A program made the position numbers and the translations under genes. From positions 1 through 28,716 of the forward strand of contig JACWAO010000028.1 in assembly GCA_014874305.1 (NCBI GenBank): 28,716 nt of DNA, in the 5' to 3' direction. Under the pieces are notes generated by a model, which saw only the letters and a list, made by a program, of their open reading frames with translations, had not been told where the DNA came from and ran no database searches. Positions 1 to 8,351 of this stretch are shown here, one piece after another (within the stretch, counting starts at the first letter, position 1; the number at the start of each line of letters is the position of its first letter). The stretch comes from Candidatus Colwellbacteria bacterium (GTDB lineage Bacteria; Patescibacteriota; Minisyncoccia; UBA6257; Colwellbacteraceae).

Positions 1-230
1 AGGAGGGTTATGCCGTTCCTTAAGAGTCTCAGGTCATAAAGCCCGACAACGAAGAAGGCGAGAAGCCACAGGAGGAAAAGGATGGAAAACGGCAAAAAAT
101 GCTCCTTAACTATAGGGTTGTGCAGGTCGGCGTGGTAGCGGAAAAAAAGCATTAAAAACAGCGATAAATAGAGGATAGCCACGTCGCTTATGAGCAAAAA
201 GAAGGATTTTGCCCGATGTTCTGAACGCAT
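1..230 (-). CDS. Partial (runs off the window edge): N-terminal membrane region, probably of a polyprenyl glycosylphosphotransferase/sugar transferase (WcaJ/WbaP-like)
   Basis: Not in the ORF track. Manual translation from ATG at 230: MRSEHRAKSFFLLISDVAILYLSLFLMLFFRYHADLHNPIVKEHFLPFSILFLLWLLAFFVVGLYDLRLLRNGITL. Two TM helices with a D in helix 1 and GLY after helix 2 are typical of this family's N-terminus. The catalytic domain is outside the window. Confidence 0.6.
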   Translation of the reverse strand, partial: MRSEHRAKSFFLLISDVAILYLSLFLMLFFRYHADLHNPIVKEHFLPFSILFLLWLLAFFVVGLYDLRLLRNGITL

Positions 231-301
231 AAGGCTATATTAGCAGGTTTAAGGCGGGGCTTCCAATGATTTGGATTAACGGACCTATAAAGGGCGTACG
301 G

Positions 302-329
302 TTGACTTTTGCCGTTTTATCCCTATACT
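302..329 (+). promoter_or_regulatory. sigma70-type promoter for the small zinc-ribbon gene
   Basis: TTGACT (302-307), 16-nt spacer, TATACT (324-329). Confidence 0.55.
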
Positions 330-430
330 TAAAGCAGTTTAGCGCAGGGACAGGTGGAGCTTATTACTTGAAATCCTTAAGCCATTTTGCCCGGAAGCTA
401 ATAAGTAGTCGAAAGTAGTACGAAAGCAAA

Positions 431-607
431 ATGGCTTATAACGATAACGGTGACCGCGGAGATCGCAAGATGTACGAGGGCGACTGGAAGTGCGCGGAGT
501 GCGGGGCGGCAATAACCTCCCTTCCCTTCGAGCCTGATCCAGCGAGACTTGATCAGCTTCTCTGCCGTGATTGTCACCAGAAGAGGCGCCGCAGTTTTAG
601 GCGGTAG
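431..607 (+). CDS. 58-aa zinc-ribbon protein, CxxC-x17-CxxC-like family (here CxxC-x20-CxxC)
   Basis: Below the ORF-track length cutoff. Manual translation: MAYNDNGDRGDRKMYEGDWKCAECGAAITSLPFEPDPARLDQLLCRDCHQKRRRSFRR*. It has CAEC...PFEP...CRDC, a promoter upstream and a terminator downstream. Confidence 0.85.
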   Translation: MAYNDNGDRGDRKMYEGDWKCAECGAAITSLPFEPDPARLDQLLCRDCHQKRRRSFRR

Positions 608-616
608 CTCTTATAA

Positions 617-647
617 AAAACCCCGCGCCGAATTGGCGCGGGGTTTT
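617..647. terminator. Intrinsic terminator hairpin, possibly bidirectional
   Basis: AAAACCCCGCGCC-GAATT-GGCGCGGGGTTTT, 10 nt after the 607 stop. Confidence 0.85.
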
Positions 648-662
648 AATTAGAATTATCAT

Positions 663-869
663 ATGAACAATCTTCAGAAAACTCATTTCTCGGCAATCTT
701 TTTGAATTTAATAGCCGGCGTCTGGATAGTTCTCTCTCCCTGGCTTATTAATTTTCTGGGAATCAACTCGACGTGGGGCGTAATGGCCGCCGGAGTGGTA
801 GTGGTTGTGGCCAGCGTGTGGTTTCTTTTCAAGACGGGTGTATTTAGGTTTAAGAAAAGGATGAGTTAA
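663..869 (+). CDS. SPW-repeat small membrane protein
   Basis: Two hydrophobic helices with NLIAGVWIVLSPW motif; basic C-tail. Confidence 0.7.
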   Translation: MNNLQKTHFSAIFLNLIAGVWIVLSPWLINFLGINSTWGVMAAGVVVVVASVWFLFKTGVFRFKKRMS

Positions 870-920
870 GGGCGACAAATACTTAATATCACCTCTTTTA
901 CCAAAGTTCCAGCCTGACGC

Positions 921-994
921 TGTCGTCCTGAGTCCGCCGTCTGGCGGATGAAGGATCTAAATTACGCGGATTCTTCACCGCGTTCAGAATGACG
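921..994. repeat. REP-like palindromic doublet (GTCRTYCTGAG...GAAGRATC family)
   Basis: GTCGTCCTGAG-TCCGCC GTCT GGCGGA-TGAAGGATCT followed by an inverted unit GGATTCTTC...TTCAGAATGAC. 922-958 matches the reverse complement of 14243-14279 at 30/37 nt. Confidence 0.75.
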
Positions 995-1010
995 AGGCTC
1001 CTTTAAAAAG

Positions 1011-1040
1011 TTGACACCCCTTGTTTCGCGGGGATACAAT
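1011..1040 (+). promoter_or_regulatory. sigma70 promoter giving a probable leaderless redoxin-trxB transcript
   Basis: TTGACA (1011-1016), 18 nt, TACAAT (1035-1040); ATG follows 6 nt later at 1047. Confidence 0.7.
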
Positions 1041-1046
1041 TTTATT

Positions 1047-1289
1047 ATGACGATAAAAATATACACCACTCCGACGTGCGTCTACTGCAAGATGGCCAAG
1101 GAGTATTTTAAAAATCACAACCTGCAGTACGAGGAGTACGACGTGACCCAGGACAAGAGCAAGTTGGACGAGATGGTGGCCAAGTCGCACCAGATGGGTG
1201 TTCCGGTTATAGATATTGATGGCACTATAATGGTCGGATTCGACCGCGATTACATAGAACAGGCCGTAAACTCAGCTGGCGCCAAGTAA
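1047..1289 (+). CDS. Glutaredoxin-like/NrdH-type redoxin
   Basis: MTIKIYTTPTCVYCKMAK...GVPVIDIDG..VGFD: CxxC plus cis-Pro VP motif. Start moved from TTG 1011 (which is the -35 box) to ATG 1047. Confidence 0.9.
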   Translation: MTIKIYTTPTCVYCKMAKEYFKNHNLQYEEYDVTQDKSKLDEMVAKSHQMGVPVIDIDGTIMVGFDRDYIEQAVNSAGAK

Positions 1290-2206
1290 TGTACGATTTA
1301 ATAATCATAGGCGGCGGGCCAGGAGGAGTGGCCGCGGGCGTTTATGCCGACCGTAAAAAGTTAAAGACTCTCCTTATAACCGACGAGTTCGGCGGCCAGT
1401 CCAAGGTTTCGGACGAGGTGCAAAACTGGATAGGCGTTAAGTCAATCTCCGGTTTTGATTTATCCAAGGCTCTCGAGGAGCATCTTCGTGCGCAAAAGGA
1501 AATAGAGATAAGCGATAACGATCTGGTTTCGGGAATCGCGAAGATCGACGGGGGATTCGAGGTCTCAACCCAAAAAGGGAAAAAATATCAGACCAAAACC
1601 GTTCTTATCGTGTCCGGGAGCCATCATAAAAAGCTTGGCGTTACGGGGGAGGATAAGTTTAATGGTCGCGGCGTGGCATACTGCTCAACCTGCGACGCGC
1701 CGCTTTTTGGAGGAAAGGAGGTTGCTGTGGCTGGCGGGGGAAACTCGGCCTTGGAAGCGGTCGTCGATCTTCTGCCTTACGCTACTAAGGTATATTTGCT
1801 TGTCCGATCCGATAAGCTCAAAGGAGATCCGGTAACGCAGGACAAGATAAAAAACTCCGGCAAAGCGCAGATTATGTTCAACTCGGAGGTTCAGGAGGTT
1901 TCGGGAGACCAGTTTGTTTCGGGTGTGAAGTACCTGGATAAAGCCTCCAATTCCGTAAAGGAATTGCCGGTCGGCGGTGTTTTTGTGGAGGTGGGTTCGG
2001 CTCCGAACAGCGACTTTATTAAAGGCATGGTGGATTTGAACGAGTACGGATATATAGTCACTGATCCTAAAAACCAAAGAACGTCGACTCCGGGCATCTG
2101 GGCCGCGGGCGACGTTACCGATCTGCCTTTCCGCCAGAACAATATCTCTGCCGGCGATTCCGTGAAAGCTTTGCTGGATTTGTATAATTATTTGAACGGC
2201 CGCTAG
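1289..2206 (+). CDS. trxB: Thioredoxin reductase (FAD-dependent)
   Basis: GGGPGG FAD motif, CSTCD redox pair, GGGNSA NAD(P)H motif, GIWAAGDVT; TAATG overlap with the redoxin. Confidence 0.92.
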   Translation: MYDLIIIGGGPGGVAAGVYADRKKLKTLLITDEFGGQSKVSDEVQNWIGVKSISGFDLSKALEEHLRAQKEIEISDNDLVSGIAKIDGGFEVSTQKGKKYQTKTVLIVSGSHHKKLGVTGEDKFNGRGVAYCSTCDAPLFGGKEVAVAGGGNSALEAVVDLLPYATKVYLLVRSDKLKGDPVTQDKIKNSGKAQIMFNSEVQEVSGDQFVSGVKYLDKASNSVKELPVGGVFVEVGSAPNSDFIKGMVDLNEYGYIVTDPKNQRTSTPGIWAAGDVTDLPFRQNNISAGDSVKALLDLYNYLNGR

Positions 2207-2234
2207 AACGGGGCCGTTAGGCGCTTTCTACAAA

Positions 2235-2822
2235 ATGGAGGAAGGTAAAACGAGGGAGATTTTACGCAGACTTGCCGATTATGGAGATCGCGGCGATCGG
2301 CTTTCTTTTGGGAAACGCGTTGCTGGTGAAAACGGTACGCAAACCGTCTACAGTCTTGTAAACAGGCTGAAGCGGCAGGGATACGTAAGAAAAAAGAAAG
2401 AGAACGGAAAAAGCAGGTCCAACTGGGTTCTTACGAGGCTTGGGTTAAAGAAGCTGAGATTGCTTGAGGATGAGAGCCGTGTATCGGTTGGCGTGAATCC
2501 GGACGAGTTTTTAGGAGACAGCAAGCCGAACGTAATAATTTTCGACGTACCGGAGAGGTATTGCGATAGGCGAAGGAAGTTGCGTGCTCTTTTGATATCA
2601 TTGGAATATTCGATGATACAGAAAAGCGTCTGGTTCGGCTCGCGCCGGCCATCGTGGAAGTTTTATGAAAAACTGAACGAGTTATCATTAACGCCATTCG
2701 TAAAAGTGCTGGAAGTAAGCGGCAAACTTGTCAAAAAACTGCTTAACACCTCAGCTATGTTGTTCGTGCTTATTTACGGATTAAGAATGGTAAGTGTCAT
2801 GAGCTGTGAGGCAGTGAGTTAA
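2235..2822 (+). CDS. Winged-helix + PaaX-central/Cas2-VapD-like ferredoxin-fold protein
   Basis: N-terminal TVYSLVNRLKRQGYV...WVLTRLG wHTH pattern; C-terminal VIIFDVPE...RRKLRALL..LEYSMIQKSVW is the PaaX/Cas2-like signature. No CRISPR array or other cas gene in the window. Confidence 0.75.
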   Translation: MEEGKTREILRRLADYGDRGDRLSFGKRVAGENGTQTVYSLVNRLKRQGYVRKKKENGKSRSNWVLTRLGLKKLRLLEDESRVSVGVNPDEFLGDSKPNVIIFDVPERYCDRRRKLRALLISLEYSMIQKSVWFGSRRPSWKFYEKLNELSLTPFVKVLEVSGKLVKKLLNTSAMLFVLIYGLRMVSVMSCEAVS

Positions 2823-2863
2823 TCAGCGCCCTCAAATTTGTTGCGAATACCAATCCGCCCTCG

Positions 2864-2897
2864 CTAAACACCCTGTCCGATCGGACAGGGTGTTTAG
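2864..2897. repeat. Perfect 34-bp palindrome, copy 1
   Basis: CTAAACACCCTGTCCGA|TCGGACAGGGTGTTTAG, no spacer, no U-tract, 41 nt after the 2822 stop. Confidence 0.95.
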
Positions 2898-3125
2898 TAA
2901 AAGTTGATAAGAGTGCTTGATAGGTTCTGGAATAGGGTCTTACATTAGAAATGTGGAGCCTCACAGGCCTCATCAGGCGACATCCTTCCGAAGCGTATCC
3001 TTATTCGACAAGGCTAAGAAGAATGCACTCGTTCTACCTTTACGGATGGAGTTTTCTCTGTTGCGCGAAGGAGGGTAGAGCCTCATTTTTTAGCGTTAAC
3101 TTTTTACGTACCTGATTAAACTAAT

Positions 3126-3653
3126 ATGATTATCTCTTACAGGGCTTGGCCCAAGTGGGTGAAGTACTCGGCCGTTCTTATGGGCGTCGTGTTTATCTCG
3201 TCCTCGGCTTTTTTCGCGTGGTCAGGATATCTGAGTCCCGCCGCTAAAGAGAACCGCGCCCAGCAAAAAGCGGTTGAGGAGATAAAGATGTACCAGAGAA
3301 ATTACGAGACGGCGATGAGCGCGGACACGTATGGCGGTAAAACCCCGGAGGAGACGCTTAAGATGTTCGCCCAAGCTATTCAAAGTGATGATATCGATTC
3401 GGCTGTTAAGTATTTAGAGTTTGAGTATGACGGCAAACCAAAAAAAGAGCTGGAGGATGGCTTAAGAAAGGCTATCCAGGACGGTAAAAAGAGCCTGATT
3501 TTGGAGATTATAGATAAAGCGGAGTTTGATCCCCAGTCGTCTGATAAAGATGTTGCGTGGTTCTCCGTTAATAATGAAAACGGTATGGCTGAGTACAGTA
3601 TTATGTTGTCCTATAACAGATATGCAAATATATGGAAAGTAGAAGATATGTAG
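3126..3653 (+). CDS. Hypothetical single-TM-anchored extracytoplasmic protein
   Basis: N-terminal TM helix then soluble domain with DTYGGKTPEETL motif; ends ...IWKVEDM; overlaps the next gene by 22 nt. Confidence 0.75.
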   Translation: MIISYRAWPKWVKYSAVLMGVVFISSSAFFAWSGYLSPAAKENRAQQKAVEEIKMYQRNYETAMSADTYGGKTPEETLKMFAQAIQSDDIDSAVKYLEFEYDGKPKKELEDGLRKAIQDGKKSLILEIIDKAEFDPQSSDKDVAWFSVNNENGMAEYSIMLSYNRYANIWKVEDM

Positions 3654-6600
3654 TTTTAGTTTTCTTACTCGCCGGGATTGTTTTTATAAGCAATAAAGCT
3701 TTGGCGTATGGTTATAACACACATGCTTATTTAACGCGGGAAACGATTAATTTTTATAACAAGAACTTTCCAGCGAAGCAGATATCGCAGGATGGCGCGA
3801 GTTTCCTGATAGACGGATCGAGGCGGGAGGATGATATACCGCGCTCGATGGATCATTTTTACGATCCGGTAAACAATAGAGGGATAACGTATGATCCTGT
3901 TATCAAAGCGACTATACCGATTCCGGGGAGCTGGCTGAACGCCAAGGAGTGGTCGCAGAACCCGGCGGCGCAGAACGAACTGACGTACAAGGTGCCGGAA
4001 ACTATAGGATCGGTACTTACCGCGATCCAGCAGAGGGACATCTCCAAGATCTCGAGCGAGACGAACTTTACCTGGCAGAAGGCGATTAACCTCTACCTTA
4101 ATGGTGATAAGAACGGCGCGATGTTCGCGCTTGGGCATGTTCTGCACTTGTTGGAGGATATGTCCGTACCGGCTCACACGCGGAACGATCCGCATCCTGG
4201 GGGAGATTCTTATGAATTTTATACTGACAGGTTTCAGTTATCGACTCCAGACAAAAACTTGTCCGCGAAAGTTGATAAATTACAGCCGGTCGGCCTAGGA
4301 GACATAAACTCCTATTTTCAATCACTAGCGACTTATACTAATAATAATTTTTATAGCGACAGCACTATTGGATTAAACAGGGGATACGCCAACCCAGAAG
4401 CAGACTTGACCAATATAGAGCCAAATGAGAATCACTTTTATATATTGGGTAACACGGACAACCAAAAATATTATTTAGCTGTTAAGAGAAGTATGTCGGC
4501 TGGAGTTTTAAGTGCTCCATCAGATATAAAAATAGATGACGATGTTGTAAAAAATTCTTACTGGAACGTGCTTTCGGCAAAATCCGTCCAGTATTCGGCG
4601 GGGGTTATTGATTTGTTTTTTAAAGAAGTATCGAAGGCGCAGAGCGATCCGGTGTACGCTAAGAATTTTAATGTCGAGCCAAAATCGTTTATAGGCCAGA
4701 TAGTTAGTTCCGTCGCCTCGTTTACCGGAACAATAAAAGATACCGCAGTCCAGGCGTTACGCCAGTTGGTCGGCGGGAATAGCGGAAACCTGGTTCAGGT
4801 GGTTGATCTTACTTCCACGAGCAGTGTGGAACACGCGGTAAGTTCAACGCCGGTGGTGCAGGGGAATGTTAAATACAAACTGCAGATTACCGAGATAATG
4901 TACAACCCCGAGGGGAGCGATGCCGGAAAGGAGTGGGTTGAGATTGAAAATCTGGATCAAGTTCCTATCGACTTAACCAGGCTAACCCTGCGAGTTGATG
5001 GGTCAAATCATAAAATTAATAAATCATCCGGCTCTTCTTTACTGCCGCCTGGCGGGTATGCGGTTATAGCCGACGACCAGGCGACGTTTCAATCCTTATT
5101 TCCATCTTATTCGGGTATTTTGGCAGACAGCGCAGTATCGCTCAAGAATTCCAGCGGTAAAATAGAGACGCTGAACGGGGACGTTTTATTGGATGGCGTC
5201 ACTTATTATTCGGATTGGGGAGGAAACGGAGATGGCAACTCCCTCCAGCTTATAGGCGGCCAATGGCTTGCCAGTACACCGACCCCGGGCGCGGCTAACA
5301 AGATCGCGTTTGTACCTTCAAAGCTCAAAATCCCGCCCGGGGAAGGCGAGACTACGGCGGTTCCCGCTATGGAGGCGACGTCGACAAAACCCGCGTCTAC
5401 ATCAACCGGCGATTCGGAGAATAAACGAAAACAACAGACAACTTCTACTTCCCCGGTTGCGCAAATTTGCTCTTTTGCGGATTCCGGCGCATCGGGCTAT
5501 CATAGTGTCATCTTTAATGAGGTCGCGTGGATGGGGAGCGTTAATAGTGCCAATGACGAGTGGATAGAACTTAAAAACATCTCTAATTCCGCGGTCGATA
5601 TTTCCGGATGGCATGTTTTAAGCGGAGACGGGCATATCAAGGCAATCCTGCCGGAGAGGGCCGTTATTTCTCCGTCTGGTTTTTACTTACTGGAGAGGAC
5701 GAACACAAATTCGATTCCAGGCGTGACCGCCGATTTTGCCTATACCGGAAGCCTGGTAAATACCGGAACTGATCTGAAGCTTTTTGATAATAACTGTGCG
5801 TTAGTCGATAGCGTGAGTGGAGCGAACGGATGGCTGGCGGGAGATTCTTCCTTAAGGAGAACTATGGAGCGCGATCTTAACGGGAACGGGTGGCACACAT
5901 CAAATGCTGTGGGCGGTACTCCGAGGAGAGAGAATGATTCGGCGTTCCTCTCTCAATCCGGAGGCGGGGGAGGCGTGGTTATTTCTCAATCGCCAGCTCT
6001 TAATAACCAAGATACTCAGGAGACGAGCACGCCGGTTGTTTATCTGAAACTATTGATAACGGAGGTTCAACTGGCCTCGTCGAGCAGTACGAAGGATGAG
6101 TTCGTGGAGATTTATAACCCGAACGATACGGAACTGGACCTGACCGGCTGGTCAGTGATGAAGAAAACAAAAACCGCCGACTCGTTTTCTACGTTCGCCA
6201 AGGCGGACCTGTTCGATGGGAAGTTGATCAAGTCAAAAAGTTTTTTAGTTATCGCCAATTCAGAGGGCGGCGTTAGTGGAGACATTTTTACGACTTATGG
6301 CGTATCGGAGGACAACTCCATGGCGATCAAGAACCCGAACCACGAGGTTGTCGATAAAGTTGGTTGGGGAGAGGCGGGGGATTGCGAGGGAATGTGCGCG
6401 CCTCAGCCTACAGACGATAAAAGCATTGAAAGGAAGGTGGAAAACGGCGAGTTTACGGATAGCGGAGATAATTTTTCAGACTTCGAAGTTGGCGAGTGTC
6501 CGCACCCGGGCGCTTACTCGTTGACTTGCGCGGGCACAACGTCGACCGCCACCTCGACCGATATGACGACAGCGTCTTTGCCGTTAATGAGCGGCTTCTC

Positions 6601-8344
6601 CGCGAGCTACAACCCCAATGATTTAAAAATATCCCTGAGTTGGGAGCCGTTTGTTCCCGCCTCTACGGCGAGCACTGGTACGGAGGAAACGGCGACCAGT
6701 ACGGTTGAACCGCGGGTTTTTTACACGGTTCAGCTTTCCACGTCGACCTCCTTGGATGAAGTGGCGTGGGAGAGCGATTATATAAGTAACGCGTTAGTTA
6801 CGCCAACCTCTTCTACGAGCACCAGCTTGCGGATAGACGAGGTCGGCAGGGGTTATGGGTTTAGAGTCGCGGCCTTGGATGAAAACGGGACGGCGCTGGC
6901 CGAGGCGACTTCCAGTGTTAATGTGCCGAGCCTTTTATCCAGTTTGAACTTTTATCCTGATCCGAGAAGCGGGAACGACGCGTATTTGATTGATGTGTTT
7001 TACCAGGGGATACCGTTTATTCCTCCCTTGTGGAGCGGAACGTCCGGAACCCAAACCAACTGGAGGCTTATGGCTTTCTATCTGGATACCGAAGCTAATA
7101 AGCCAGAGTATTTTAACGTATCAACAAGCAGTTTTAGTGTTAAATACCAGAGTTGCGGCGGTGCTCAGGTATCCGCTCCGTCTATTGTTTTTCCTAGCGG
7201 ATTATGCGAGTACGGACCGTACTCCCAGGATGTTTCTCTGGCAATGCTTGAGGACCCGACCCACATCCTGCTTTCCTCGGCGCTCTCGGTTTCCGGCCTC
7301 AACCTCTCTACCAGTAGTTTTATTACGGTTGCTTATTACGATCGCGACCCCGACGTCTTTGGCGACAGGAGGTTTAAGCTGGTGGCCGTAGACCGCGATC
7401 GTTATTATCTTCAGGATTTGAGTCTGGAAGAGGTACAAAATCTTCATTCCGCCCCGGAGTTTTCGTCCGCGTTTACAGCCCAGTTCAAGCCGGACAGTTC
7501 CGCGCTGGTCGTGAGTTGGGATCCGGCTCATGACACCGACAGTTGGGACGGCTCTATTAGTTACGAGATAAACATTTCTCCCGCGGCTGGTATTGACGAT
7601 TCGCTTTGGCAGGCTCTCGTTCCGGAGCCGAGGGCGGACTTCTCCGATCCCCAGCACATGAGTTACAGATATTCCAGATTCGCGAATATCGGCGATGATT
7701 TTGCGATCGCCCTCAGAGCCAAAGATGAGTTTGGCAAGTCTAGCGCGGTAACGACCTCGACTTGGCAGTATCCGGCGACGGACATTGCAGTATCTCAGGA
7801 GCAGTGGAACGGTGAGTGGGGAAGCGGGTTTGGAAGCATCGATTCGCACCTGAACTTTTCCGCTCCGGACTCCGCGAGCTTAGAGAAGATATCGTCATCA
7901 AGCGCGGTGTTGTTTGATAAGTTTACCGTTAAGGTAAGGCAGAATGGAATCGGGGGATACGCGCCGAGCGATTTGAGGTTATCCATATACGCGGACGCGA
8001 GCGGAACTCCTGATTTTTCTAGCCCGCTTGGGGAGAGCGTAATCAGGAACTTGGATCCGCTTTCTGATCCGCAGGATATAACTTTTAGTTTTGCCTCTCC
8101 CGTAACTCTGCTGGCTGAGAGCGGCGGTTGGGCGGTGCTGGATGTCGCTGGTTATGGCGGACTGCAGGGATACTTCAATAATTCTTGGCAGAACGCGGTT
8201 ACGAGCGGCGACTTGTATTCCGGCGGAGATTCGGGATTCGGATCGGGACGAGGCACCAACAGTGATTGCAGTCAGTGCGCGTTTGGCGGATACGCTCCTA
8301 GCGGGGTAGACTGGTATATGAAACTTGGTCTGACTAAGCTATAA
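3632..8344 (+). CDS. Large secreted protein: Zn-dependent phospholipase C/S1-P1 nuclease domain, three lamin-tail domains, S/T-rich linkers, C-terminal beta-sandwich (Fn3-like) region
   Basis: Signal peptide ending ALA|YGYNTH; HFYDP; LGHVLHLLEDMSVPAH (H-x3-D-x5-H). LTD motifs: ITEIMYNP..EWVEIEN, IFNEVAW..DEWIELKN, LITEVQ..DEFVEIYNP. Confidence 0.8.
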   Translation: MESRRYVVLVFLLAGIVFISNKALAYGYNTHAYLTRETINFYNKNFPAKQISQDGASFLIDGSRREDDIPRSMDHFYDPVNNRGITYDPVIKATIPIPGSWLNAKEWSQNPAAQNELTYKVPETIGSVLTAIQQRDISKISSETNFTWQKAINLYLNGDKNGAMFALGHVLHLLEDMSVPAHTRNDPHPGGDSYEFYTDRFQLSTPDKNLSAKVDKLQPVGLGDINSYFQSLATYTNNNFYSDSTIGLNRGYANPEADLTNIEPNENHFYILGNTDNQKYYLAVKRSMSAGVLSAPSDIKIDDDVVKNSYWNVLSAKSVQYSAGVIDLFFKEVSKAQSDPVYAKNFNVEPKSFIGQIVSSVASFTGTIKDTAVQALRQLVGGNSGNLVQVVDLTSTSSVEHAVSSTPVVQGNVKYKLQITEIMYNPEGSDAGKEWVEIENLDQVPIDLTRLTLRVDGSNHKINKSSGSSLLPPGGYAVIADDQATFQSLFPSYSGILADSAVSLKNSSGKIETLNGDVLLDGVTYYSDWGGNGDGNSLQLIGGQWLASTPTPGAANKIAFVPSKLKIPPGEGETTAVPAMEATSTKPASTSTGDSENKRKQQTTSTSPVAQICSFADSGASGYHSVIFNEVAWMGSVNSANDEWIELKNISNSAVDISGWHVLSGDGHIKAILPERAVISPSGFYLLERTNTNSIPGVTADFAYTGSLVNTGTDLKLFDNNCALVDSVSGANGWLAGDSSLRRTMERDLNGNGWHTSNAVGGTPRRENDSAFLSQSGGGGGVVISQSPALNNQDTQETSTPVVYLKLLITEVQLASSSSTKDEFVEIYNPNDTELDLTGWSVMKKTKTADSFSTFAKADLFDGKLIKSKSFLVIANSEGGVSGDIFTTYGVSEDNSMAIKNPNHEVVDKVGWGEAGDCEGMCAPQPTDDKSIERKVENGEFTDSGDNFSDFEVGECPHPGAYSLTCAGTTSTATSTDMTTASLPLMSGFSASYNPNDLKISLSWEPFVPASTASTGTEETATSTVEPRVFYTVQLSTSTSLDEVAWESDYISNALVTPTSSTSTSLRIDEVGRGYGFRVAALDENGTALAEATSSVNVPSLLSSLNFYPDPRSGNDAYLIDVFYQGIPFIPPLWSGTSGTQTNWRLMAFYLDTEANKPEYFNVSTSSFSVKYQSCGGAQVSAPSIVFPSGLCEYGPYSQDVSLAMLEDPTHILLSSALSVSGLNLSTSSFITVAYYDRDPDVFGDRRFKLVAVDRDRYYLQDLSLEEVQNLHSAPEFSSAFTAQFKPDSSALVVSWDPAHDTDSWDGSISYEINISPAAGIDDSLWQALVPEPRADFSDPQHMSYRYSRFANIGDDFAIALRAKDEFGKSSAVTTSTWQYPATDIAVSQEQWNGEWGSGFGSIDSHLNFSAPDSASLEKISSSSAVLFDKFTVKVRQNGIGGYAPSDLRLSIYADASGTPDFSSPLGESVIRNLDPLSDPQDITFSFASPVTLLAESGGWAVLDVAGYGGLQGYFNNSWQNAVTSGDLYSGGDSGFGSGRGTNSDCSQCAFGGYAPSGVDWYMKLGLTKL

Positions 8345-8351
8345 ACAAATC

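Noticed and set aside
2235-2897. CRISPR-Cas locus suggested by the Cas2-like domain
   Set aside because: No repeat-spacer array, cas1 or effector gene in the window; the domain is fused to a wHTH as in PaaX-like proteins.
2955-2976. Hammerhead ribozyme core on the minus strand (CTGATGAG-GCC-TGTGA-GGC)
   Set aside because: The GAAA required after stem II is absent (TCCAC follows), and no matching stems I/III with a UH cleavage site were found.
2920-3078. About 53-codon open frame (LIGSGIGSYIRNVEPH...REGG) in the intergenic region
   Set aside because: No ATG start at its beginning, no recognisable motif; a length expected by chance.
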